A DNA stretch of 64,000 bases, taken from positions 2,604 to 66,603 of the IMG/VR virus record IMGVR_UViG_3300043446_001478; one strand, 5' to 3'. The position numbers and the translations under genes were made by a program. Source of the DNA: a virus. The notes under the pieces are model-generated. The model was given only the letters and a program-made list of their open reading frames with translations. It was not told the origin of the DNA and searched no databases. Each line of letters begins with the position of its first letter. The stretch's first letter is position 1. This document shows, in pieces, positions 55,421 to 63,553 of the stretch.

Positions 55421-56929
55421 ATTAAAAAATTAATCAGAATATTAACAGCAATATTATTAGCCTTCGGATTTAATTTATGGCTACCAATAAATGCAAATGC
55501 AACATGTGTTAATTATTTAGAATCTCAAACCATAGCAGCAGCATATGAAGGCGATGAAGTTCCGACGGTACACACAATGGATACCTGCGGTGGAGATGAC
55601 ACTTCATATCAAATCCCTATAGCAACTACAATTACATTTGATGGCGTACAATACTCTAATATTTATGCAACAACTAATTCAGTAATAACCTTTGGTCAGC
55701 CAGACAATACATACTGGACTTATCCATCTACACCCTCTATCTCTTTGTATTCTATGGACTGGGTTTCTGGTTGGTATAACGCACATGATACTTTAAATAT
55801 ATCTTATTCTGAAGGTGGTTTTCAATTAGGTCTAGAGGTTATCCCATTTGGACAATGGGGGGCACAATCAAGTAATATTAATATTCTTGTTGCTATTACT
55901 AATACTGGTGGAATTGCTGTTTCATATTCATATCAAGGTCCAGAATATCCTAATCTTAGGACTGGTGTTCGCCTACATGACGGGTCTATAGTATCCCTTG
56001 AGGCTTGGGGAGCCACACAGATTCAGGCAGGATCTCCTACCCCTACCTTGTCTGCAGAACCCGTCCCAGAGCCTTCTCCAAGCCCTACAGGGCCTTCTCA
56101 GCAAGAATTGGCAGTTCAGGAAGAGGCAAGAATCACATCGTCTTTAATAGCAAATGCTATAGCGTCTTTGCAAAATACTACACCTGAGCCAACACCTCAG
56201 CCAACTCAATCAACTGAACCCACTCCAACTCCAAGTCCTGAAATAACTGTGACACCAGATCCAACTCCAAGTCCTGAGTCAACGCCCACTGCTGAGCCTT
56301 CACCAGAACCTTCACCTCAGCCAACGGATATAAATCCAACTCCTGAGCCAACACCAGCGCCATCTCCTGTTGAACCTTCTCCAGAACCATCTACTGATAA
56401 TAACACAGAACCAGAAGTTATTGTTATTGATCCAGAAATAATTACTCCAGAAGATCCAAGATTTCCAGACGAAGTAATTCCAACACCATCAAAAGAAACA
56501 AATGACTTAATAAAACAACTTTCTGATCTTACAAGTAAGGATACATTAACTAAATTAACTTCAGAACAAAAGGTTGCAGTAGCACAAACACTTGGTATCA
56601 AACCAACAGAAATTGCAATAGTAGCAAACCTTGCAAAATCAAACGAATCGGTTGCTGAAGCCCTTGCTACATTTTCTGAAAAATCTGCGGAAAATGCAAA
56701 TGCTCCTATGCCTTATACATTAGCAGATGCTATTACTGAGGTGCAGGCTGATAAGTTTTTAGAAAATCCAATAGCAGCATTAACAAATATAGATTTAGAA
56801 AAGGTTTTTAGTCCATCTGAATGGGGCAAAGATATGACAGATGACCAAAGAGAGAAAGTTCAAGAAGTCGTAATACCAGTTATAATAGCATCAAATATCG
56901 TGGCAGCGTCCATGACGAGGAGGAAATAA
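55421..56929 (+). CDS. Secreted/membrane-anchored protein with N-terminal beta domain (NIDO-like), Pro/Thr/Glu-rich stalk and hydrophobic C-terminus
   Basis: Frame open from 55403; codons from ATT 55421 encode a signal peptide (IKKLIRILTAILLAFGFNLWLPINANA); DD....I...ITF.G..Y..IY..TN..ITFG motif; track start 55577 lacks the signal peptide. Confidence 0.65.
   Translation: MKKLIRILTAILLAFGFNLWLPINANATCVNYLESQTIAAAYEGDEVPTVHTMDTCGGDDTSYQIPIATTITFDGVQYSNIYATTNSVITFGQPDNTYWTYPSTPSISLYSMDWVSGWYNAHDTLNISYSEGGFQLGLEVIPFGQWGAQSSNINILVAITNTGGIAVSYSYQGPEYPNLRTGVRLHDGSIVSLEAWGATQIQAGSPTPTLSAEPVPEPSPSPTGPSQQELAVQEEARITSSLIANAIASLQNTTPEPTPQPTQSTEPTPTPSPEITVTPDPTPSPESTPTAEPSPEPSPQPTDINPTPEPTPAPSPVEPSPEPSTDNNTEPEVIVIDPEIITPEDPRFPDEVIPTPSKETNDLIKQLSDLTSKDTLTKLTSEQKVAVAQTLGIKPTEIAIVANLAKSNESVAEALATFSEKSAENANAPMPYTLADAITEVQADKFLENPIAALTNIDLEKVFSPSEWGKDMTDDQREKVQEVVIPVIIASNIVAASMTRRK
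56179..56395 (+). repeat. Pro/Thr/Ser/Glu low-complexity coding repeats (PEPTP, PSPE)
   Basis: Repeated ccaactccaagtcctga and ccagaacct units. Confidence 0.65.
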
Positions 56930-57123
56930 TGAATATACTTAAAGGCGTATTAAAATATGCATTGGAAGTGGTGAAAGAAAGCATTGCTCAGATTTTTACC
57001 CTCCTTGGATTTTTTATCGCATGGTTGACTCTTACTGGCACAGCCCAGCAAGTAGTCGGGGTAGCAACAGTAATATCTACCATTATTTGGCTTGCCACTA
57101 TCCCATTAAGAAAAGAAGATTAA
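56929..57123 (+). CDS. Small two-TM membrane protein
   Basis: Two hydrophobic stretches (IFTLLGFFIAWLTL; VVGVATVISTIIWLATI); TAATG-coupled to previous gene. Confidence 0.65.
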   Translation: MNILKGVLKYALEVVKESIAQIFTLLGFFIAWLTLTGTAQQVVGVATVISTIIWLATIPLRKED

Positions 57124-57145
57124 ATAGTATTGGTATAATGGCTTT

Positions 57146-57361
57146 ATGAAAATGCATAGAGTCCTTTTATCGTGTATACTTATACTAAGTCTTAGTGGTT
57201 GTGGCTATAATGGTTTTTATCGCTACGAATGTCAAGACCCAGCAAACTGGGAAGCAAAGGAATGTAATCCTCCAGTTTGTGAGCCTACTGGAACTTGTTC
57301 AAGAGACTTGGTAGGTAAAACAGTATGGGACGAATACCAGAACGGAAAGAAAAATGGCTAA
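57146..57361 (+). CDS. Small Cys-rich lipoprotein
   Basis: Lipobox LSG|C; mature part has four more Cys (CQDP.NW...C.PP.C...G.C). Confidence 0.72.
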   Translation: MKMHRVLLSCILILSLSGCGYNGFYRYECQDPANWEAKECNPPVCEPTGTCSRDLVGKTVWDEYQNGKKNG

Positions 57362-57797
57362 ACAAAGATTAACACCATCAGAGTTAGATGCTCGTTTAAA
57401 GTTTATTTTAGGTTGCACACTTGGTGCAATTCTTTTATTTACAGCACTTGGAATTTTATATGGTTTGTTATTTGTTACACAACCAGTTGGAGCACAATCA
57501 GAAAATGATAAGATGTTCTTCAATGTGCTTGGATCAGTTGCAACATTCATTACAGGAACATTAGCAGGATTATTAATTGGACAATCTGGTGCTAAAGATA
57601 TTATGGCAGCACAATTGTCTAATAAAGAAATGGATGCAAAAAATACACAGGCTGATAAGAAACTCGAATCAGAACTGGAAATTGCTGAGAATAAGGCTCA
57701 AGCAGAAATTGATGCTACTATGGCAAGACTTGCTGCTAAACCAGATGGTCAAATGCCAGAAGAGCAACCAGTTGATTTAGATTGGCATAAGGAGTAA
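57354..57797 (+). CDS. Two-TM membrane protein, holin candidate
   Basis: Two TM helices and charged C-terminal tail, immediately upstream of endolysin. Confidence 0.55.
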   Translation: MAKQRLTPSELDARLKFILGCTLGAILLFTALGILYGLLFVTQPVGAQSENDKMFFNVLGSVATFITGTLAGLLIGQSGAKDIMAAQLSNKEMDAKNTQADKKLESELEIAENKAQAEIDATMARLAAKPDGQMPEEQPVDLDWHKE

Positions 57798-57799
57798 TC

Positions 57800-58387
57800 A
57801 TGGCAGAACAAGGTACAGCAGCACGACTTATTGAAGTTGCTAAAGGTGAATTGGGAACTATTGAAGGTCCAAAAGATAACGAAACAAAGTATGGTGCTTT
57901 TACTAAAGCAAACTTTCAGCCATGGTGTGGCTCATTTGTTATGTGGTGTGCAAATGAAGCAGGAGTAAAGGTTCCTAATACTGTTTATACTCCAGGAGGC
58001 GCAGCAGCATTTAAGAAGGCTGGTGCTTGGATTGATGGCGATGTAGCAGATCCAGAACCAGGCGATATTGCTTACTTTGACTTTCCATCAGATGGTGTTG
58101 ATAGAATCTCACATGTTGGTATTGTTATTGCAGACAATGAAGATGGAACTGTATGGTGCATTGAAGGAAATACAAGCCCAGATAAAAAGGGTAGCCAAAG
58201 AAATGGTGGACAGGTTTCAAAAAAACTTCGTGCATATAAGAAAAATAAGGCTGGAGAAATGATTTCTATCGTAGGCTTTGGTCGTCCAAAATTTGGTGCT
58301 GTAAAAGAAAATAAATCTAATACATTACCTAATAAAACCTCTAAGCCAAAAACTTGTTCAGAATGTGGACAAGAAATAAAAAAGTAG
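57800..58387 (+). CDS. Endolysin, CHAP-domain amidase/peptidase
   Basis: N.TKYG....PWCGSFVMW, P.PGDI.YFD, SHVGIV, IEGNT, IVGFGRP. Confidence 0.9.
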   Translation: MAEQGTAARLIEVAKGELGTIEGPKDNETKYGAFTKANFQPWCGSFVMWCANEAGVKVPNTVYTPGGAAAFKKAGAWIDGDVADPEPGDIAYFDFPSDGVDRISHVGIVIADNEDGTVWCIEGNTSPDKKGSQRNGGQVSKKLRAYKKNKAGEMISIVGFGRPKFGAVKENKSNTLPNKTSKPKTCSECGQEIKK

Positions 58388-58416
58388 TTGACATAAAAAA
58401 TATTTCCTGATATACT
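58388..58416 (+). promoter_or_regulatory. Consensus promoter
   Basis: TTGACA 58388-93, 17 nt, TATACT 58411-16 with TG extension. Confidence 0.8.
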
Positions 58417-58442
58417 GATATTAAACAATCAGAAAGGCTACA

Positions 58443-58976
58443 ATGACTTGCATAGCAGTCGTACGTGATAATATAAACAATAAACTTTGGATGGCAGGAG
58501 ACCGTGGAGTTTCTGATGATAATGTTATTAATGTATCTTCAAGTCCTAAAATATGGAAAAAAGAAGGATATTTATTTGGATATGCTGGCTCTATGGATGG
58601 AGATAGAATAAAACATTTATTTGTTCCCCCAGCATTTGAAGGTCGTGGCAGTATTGATAAATTTATGTATAGTAAATTCCTAAAAGCACTTCGTAATTTT
58701 TATGAAGGTTGGTGGGTTGATACATCTCCATCATCAGACTTTGGAATGATTATTTGTATTCGTGGAAAAATATATGAACACAATGCTGGAGATATGTCAT
58801 TAACTCAGTATGAACAAGATTATCTTGCTATGGGATCTGGTGGAGACTTGGCATTGGGATCTTTATATTCAACACAAAAGCAAAAGGACGCAAGGAAAAG
58901 AGCGGTACTTGCAGTAAATGCTGCAATTAATCATTCTATGTCATGTAAAGGTCCTATTGACATTCTGAGCATTTAA
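58443..58976 (+). CDS. Ntn-hydrolase, proteasome beta/HslV-like peptidase
   Basis: N-terminal (M)TCIAV, AGD, PKI, GYAGS, AMGSGG..ALG.L, A..AA. Confidence 0.8.
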   Translation: MTCIAVVRDNINNKLWMAGDRGVSDDNVINVSSSPKIWKKEGYLFGYAGSMDGDRIKHLFVPPAFEGRGSIDKFMYSKFLKALRNFYEGWWVDTSPSSDFGMIICIRGKIYEHNAGDMSLTQYEQDYLAMGSGGDLALGSLYSTQKQKDARKRAVLAVNAAINHSMSCKGPIDILSI

Positions 58977-58985
58977 GTATATACT
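58957..58985 (+). promoter_or_regulatory. Consensus promoter giving a probable leaderless transcript
   Basis: TTGACA 58957-62, 17 nt, TATACT 58980-85; ATG 6 nt later, no SD. Confidence 0.75.
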
Positions 58986-58991
58986 AAAGAT

Positions 58992-60515
58992 ATGAAAAAA
59001 ATATTTATAACTTTCGTCTTATCATTTTCTTTATTATTACCATCTTGCGTTAACGCAGCAACACCATTAAAGGCATGTCCAAAAAATCAATTAAATAAAA
59101 TTAAAGATGGTTTTATTTGTAAAAAGATTGATAATGTTTATAGATGGGCAAAATTAGATGTAGTTCCTACAATAGCGCCAACCATAAAACCAACACCAAC
59201 ACCATCTGCAACTATTAATACTAAACCAAATGTTACTAAAAAATATTTTAACAGTCCATGCGATCTTGATCCAGATACTCCAACAGAATGGAAAGATTTT
59301 GAAAGAAAACATATTAACGGTGGCGGTTGTTTAAGTGCACTCAGGATACCAAATACTCAACCCTTAATAGAGTTACCAACAACACAAACAGATAAGTCTA
59401 ATTTAAATCTTTCTCAATGCAAAATTGAACAATCTAGAAATAAAGGAAATGTTTTAGGATTTAAAACTTGGGACTCATACTGGCAAACATCACTAAAACA
59501 TCCTTCGCCAAATACTGTTTATCAGGTTATTCCTTTATATTCTGATGACATACCAAACTCTAAAACAAATCCTAATGATGATTTTAAAAAATATTTTGAT
59601 TTCATTACTGCTTGGACTAAGCAGGCATCAGATAATGGATCTAATGTAGAATTTAGAGTGCCTAATAATTATATTTATATGCCTGGAAACATATCGTCAT
59701 ATAATTTAATACACGAAAGAAGTGAATCTTCTGCACAAAGGTTTACAAGTGATTTAGTCAAGGCTGTAGATTCTAAGATTAATTTTTCTGGATCAAATAT
59801 TGCATTAATTTTATTTCCACCATCTACAAATAAAATAATTGGTGATCAAGTAGGTCTAAATAGATTTTTAACAGATGAAGGTTATGTTGTTGGGTCTATT
59901 ATGCCAAGTGGCGGTAGCATTGCTTTAGAAAGAAATTTTTCATGGCCAACATGGTGGATGCATGAATTAATGCATGTTGGAATTGGCTTTGATGATAATA
60001 ATCATTCACAAAGTGATTCACCATCATGGTGGGGATTAATTAATTGGGCATCTACATTTGATCTGCTTGCTTGGCATAAATGGATTGCTGGCTTTATTTC
60101 TGATTCTCAGGTTATTTGTTTAGATAAAGAAAAGACATCAATAGCCTATATTGCTCCATCTACAGTTAAAAGCACAAGAGATAAAATGATTGTTATTCCT
60201 TTAAGTAATTCAAAGGCTATTGTTATTGAATCACAAAGAGCAGAAGGAATAAATTATAAACTTCCACAAGTTTCAGAGGGTGCTCTTGTTTATTTTATTG
60301 ATATGTCTCTTACAAATCATGCTGATGGTATTAGATTAATATTGCCAAAAAATAAAAATATAGTTAGAGCAGATAATATGAATTCAAAATCACAAGGAAA
60401 TAATGCAAACGCTTCACTTAAATTAGGTGAAATTGCAGAGTATAATGGAATTAGAATACAAGTAATAGAATCTGGATCATTTGGGGATGTGATAAAAATT
60501 GAGCCAACAAGATGA
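58992..60515 (+). CDS. Secreted zinc metalloprotease (M6/immune-inhibitor-A-like)
   Basis: Signal peptide, Pro/Thr linker, HELMH.G.G..D (HExxH), L.AW.KW..G.I, IVIES.R, G.LVY.ID. Confidence 0.72.
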   Translation: MKKIFITFVLSFSLLLPSCVNAATPLKACPKNQLNKIKDGFICKKIDNVYRWAKLDVVPTIAPTIKPTPTPSATINTKPNVTKKYFNSPCDLDPDTPTEWKDFERKHINGGGCLSALRIPNTQPLIELPTTQTDKSNLNLSQCKIEQSRNKGNVLGFKTWDSYWQTSLKHPSPNTVYQVIPLYSDDIPNSKTNPNDDFKKYFDFITAWTKQASDNGSNVEFRVPNNYIYMPGNISSYNLIHERSESSAQRFTSDLVKAVDSKINFSGSNIALILFPPSTNKIIGDQVGLNRFLTDEGYVVGSIMPSGGSIALERNFSWPTWWMHELMHVGIGFDDNNHSQSDSPSWWGLINWASTFDLLAWHKWIAGFISDSQVICLDKEKTSIAYIAPSTVKSTRDKMIVIPLSNSKAIVIESQRAEGINYKLPQVSEGALVYFIDMSLTNHADGIRLILPKNKNIVRADNMNSKSQGNNANASLKLGEIAEYNGIRIQVIESGSFGDVIKIEPTR

Positions 60516-61206
60516 AATGTTTTCTGGCTTTAAAAAAGATTGGAACTTATGGGATAATTCTAAAACAGAAAGTTTCCTTTATATAAATAAAATAGCAGTT
60601 CCTTATAAAAAATGGCTTTCTTATGTTCCTGTTAAAGAAAATGAAATTTTTAAAAATTCTATATTAAAGCCAATAAATCATTATGCTGCAACTCTATACC
60701 CTCCACCAAAATTAATATCTATAACAGATAATGGATTTAGGTTAAGGCAGGGTAATCATGCAGAAATGTTCTTATTAGTAGATCATTATAGAAGAGATGG
60801 TCAGTTTTATAATATAGATAGGCCATGGATTAGACAATACTATAGTTCAGCAAAAGAGTATATTCTTCCAGATGGTTGTTTTGATGGCATATATCGATTC
60901 TATGTTCCTTGGATTATTGATGAAAATGTTACAGTTAACTTTAAACAAGCAGATGATAGTCCGTTTTATATATATGAAGATTCTATTGCTTTTACAAAAA
61001 TACCATTTAATACATCAGAAATAGAGCCACCCTTTATACATTTTCATTTTAAAAATGTAGGAAAACATATGTTAGATTCAGAATTTGGTAAAATTAAAAA
61101 ACAATCACCAATGTTTGATATTGAGGTTCAAACAACTGATATAATGTTAATAGAGAGAGTTAGGGAGTTTTATGAGTTTACGAAAGATAAAATTTTATCC
61201 GTTTAG
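60499..61206 (+). CDS. Hypothetical protein
   Basis: 235-aa ORF; KIKKQSPMFDI end loosely recalls the DUF6065 terminal strand; start 60499 or 60517. Confidence 0.55.
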   Translation: MSQQDEMFSGFKKDWNLWDNSKTESFLYINKIAVPYKKWLSYVPVKENEIFKNSILKPINHYAATLYPPPKLISITDNGFRLRQGNHAEMFLLVDHYRRDGQFYNIDRPWIRQYYSSAKEYILPDGCFDGIYRFYVPWIIDENVTVNFKQADDSPFYIYEDSIAFTKIPFNTSEIEPPFIHFHFKNVGKHMLDSEFGKIKKQSPMFDIEVQTTDIMLIERVREFYEFTKDKILSV

Positions 61207-61900
61207 TGAAGAGACAGTATCTTTTGCTCCGCCACCAGTGCCAGCATCAAGAGTTGTTCCAGAATGGTATAAGAAGCAATCATCTACAGTAGATAATGAG
61301 AGAGGGCTTGCTCAGGGATCTTTTAATGGCACAGTAAAAAAATGTATGCCAATATTTGACTTAATGACTGCTGGATACATATTATCTTTACCTATGGATA
61401 TTTATATAGATGCATCTGATCCAAATAAATTAAACATTCAGTGTCCTAATCCAATGAAAAGATTTGGAACAGATATGTTTGCAACGCATGCTCCAGAACA
61501 ATATAATCATTATCCTGTAGATACAGACATGTATCATAAAACATTATTCAGAATAATGCCATTTTGGGCATTTAAAACTGAAAAAGGTTATAGTACATTA
61601 GTTCTTCATCCAAACCATCAAGACGAACTTCCATTTAGGGCACTTGGAGGATTCGTTGATACAGATAAGTTTATAGTTGATGGACATTTTTCTTTCTTTA
61701 TCAAAAAAGGTTTTGTTGGTGTAATTAAGCAAGGCACTCCATTAGTACAAATAATTCCTGTTAAGAGAGAAGATTGGGAGTCTGAAATGGTTCCCCATGA
61801 TCAAGTAAAAAAAGAAATTGGTCATCAAAGAATACATTTAAGATCAACATTTAGCAATGGATATAAGGGTAAATATAGAAGCATGAAGAGATTTTCATGA
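61172..61900 (+). CDS. DUF6065-like protein
   Basis: P.PA...VPEWYK, T.K.CMP.FD.MTAGY, W...T.KGYS.L..HP, G.VDTD, IKQGTPLVQIIP.KRE.W. Confidence 0.65.
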   Translation: MSLRKIKFYPFSEETVSFAPPPVPASRVVPEWYKKQSSTVDNERGLAQGSFNGTVKKCMPIFDLMTAGYILSLPMDIYIDASDPNKLNIQCPNPMKRFGTDMFATHAPEQYNHYPVDTDMYHKTLFRIMPFWAFKTEKGYSTLVLHPNHQDELPFRALGGFVDTDKFIVDGHFSFFIKKGFVGVIKQGTPLVQIIPVKREDWESEMVPHDQVKKEIGHQRIHLRSTFSNGYKGKYRSMKRFS

Positions 61901-62679
61901 ATGAAGATCCATTAGAAATTGTCTTTACTCCAGCGCTTAATGCACAGCCACATTGGTCAGTAGTTCAAACAGCACCAGAGCCAGCAGTTAAACATGTTCC
62001 AGAATGGTATAAAAGTTTAGCAAAGCATGATAATTGGAACGATGATAGATATTTAAATCCAGTTAATCATTTAGGATCTGATGGTGCACAAGTTGCTACA
62101 AAAATGTGTTTGCCGTTCTTTGATGCATTGACTGCTGGTTATGTATATTTGCTTGAAGATGATTTATATGTTGAATTAGATCCAGATGGAAGACCAAAAC
62201 TATCTTGGAATGGCAATATAATGTTATTAGATAAAAGACCAACAAATGATATAGTCGTTCCAGATAATTGTCATCCTATGCATTATGGATTTCGTATGAA
62301 TTGGTTTTATGATACTCCGCCTGGATATTCTGTTCTTATAACACATCCAATGAATAGGCATGATCTTCCATTTTATACAATGTCTGGGATAGTAGAATCA
62401 GATATTTGGGGTTTACCAGTTTTCATAGCATTCTTTTTAAAAAGAGGTTTTCAAGGCGTAATTCCAAAAGGAACACCAATTATGCAAATTATTCCTTTTA
62501 AAAGAGAAAATTGGGAAATGTCTATAGACGAAGATTATGATTCTGTTGATAAAAAATTATTAAAAGCAGAAGATAGACGATCATTATTATATGGTTATTA
62601 TAAAAAAACAACTTGGAGAAAAAAAATATACGGAATAAAAAACATGTTTTCAAAGGATGCGAATCACGACGATGAGTAG
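61897..62679 (+). CDS. DUF6065-like protein (paralog of 61172..61900)
   Basis: PEPA.K.VPEWYK, TK.CLPFFDALTAGY, TPPGYS.LITHP.N, IPKGTPIMQIIPFKRE.W. Confidence 0.65.
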   Translation: MNEDPLEIVFTPALNAQPHWSVVQTAPEPAVKHVPEWYKSLAKHDNWNDDRYLNPVNHLGSDGAQVATKMCLPFFDALTAGYVYLLEDDLYVELDPDGRPKLSWNGNIMLLDKRPTNDIVVPDNCHPMHYGFRMNWFYDTPPGYSVLITHPMNRHDLPFYTMSGIVESDIWGLPVFIAFFLKRGFQGVIPKGTPIMQIIPFKRENWEMSIDEDYDSVDKKLLKAEDRRSLLYGYYKKTTWRKKIYGIKNMFSKDANHDDE

Positions 62680-63526
62680 CATTGGGGTAGTTATTTATTC
62701 TTATAAAGGAAAATCTTTAAAAGATGTTGTGCAAAAAATTAATGAAAATTCATCCAAAGAACATACAATCAATATTTATATATTAGACCAATCACCATTA
62801 ATAAAAAATGAATATTATAATTCTATAAGCAATGTTTCATATAAACATAAATTTTGGGACTATCCATATGGTCAGTGCTTATATAGATTTGAAACTGCAA
62901 GAAATATACAAGAAGAATTTATTTTAATAATGTCTGATAATATTTTAGTAAATAATAACTGGGATTTAGAATTAATTAAAAATTATAAAACAAATTCTGT
63001 TATATCTGGAAAAGGAATTCCGTCAATAACAAATGATAACTTTTACTTTTATAATAATTCGCTAAATTCTGATGATTTTATATTATCAAATTTTGTAGAC
63101 AAAGATTTTATTTTTATTTCAAAAGAACTTTTTCATAATACTAACTACCCAACTTTTTTAAAATATAATGGCGAGGCAGAGTATTTATCAATGTATTGGT
63201 TTACAAGAGGAATAGATATATATTCTTGTCCAAGTAGTTTTTATACAAAAAATAATCAGAATTCTATAGATATTTTATATACACCTTATTCTAAAGATCA
63301 TAATTATAATGAAATAATTAAAATTATAAAAAATCAGCATAGTTCATTTTTTGATCCTGGAACTGCTAGAACAGTAAATGATTTTTTGTCTTATCATAAT
63401 ATAGATTTAGAAAAAATATTTCCGTTACCATTTCAAACAAACGATGTTGAATATGATTGTTATAATAATGATTTTGACAAACTTGATGGAAGAAAATTTA
63501 TAGGCCATTTACACTATATTTACTAA
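62672..63526 (+). CDS. GT-A glycosyltransferase, divergent GT60-like
   Basis: I.V.I.SY.....V, G.C..R......EE..L......V..NWD..LI, F.F, Y.GE...LS...FT.G.DIY..P match the layout of GT60 GlcNAc transferases; the IDSH motif appears as MSDN. Confidence 0.5.
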   Translation: MSSIGVVIYSYKGKSLKDVVQKINENSSKEHTINIYILDQSPLIKNEYYNSISNVSYKHKFWDYPYGQCLYRFETARNIQEEFILIMSDNILVNNNWDLELIKNYKTNSVISGKGIPSITNDNFYFYNNSLNSDDFILSNFVDKDFIFISKELFHNTNYPTFLKYNGEAEYLSMYWFTRGIDIYSCPSSFYTKNNQNSIDILYTPYSKDHNYNEIIKIIKNQHSSFFDPGTARTVNDFLSYHNIDLEKIFPLPFQTNDVEYDCYNNDFDKLDGRKFIGHLHYIY

Positions 63527-63553
63527 TAGTGTATAATGTTAATAGGAGGAAAA

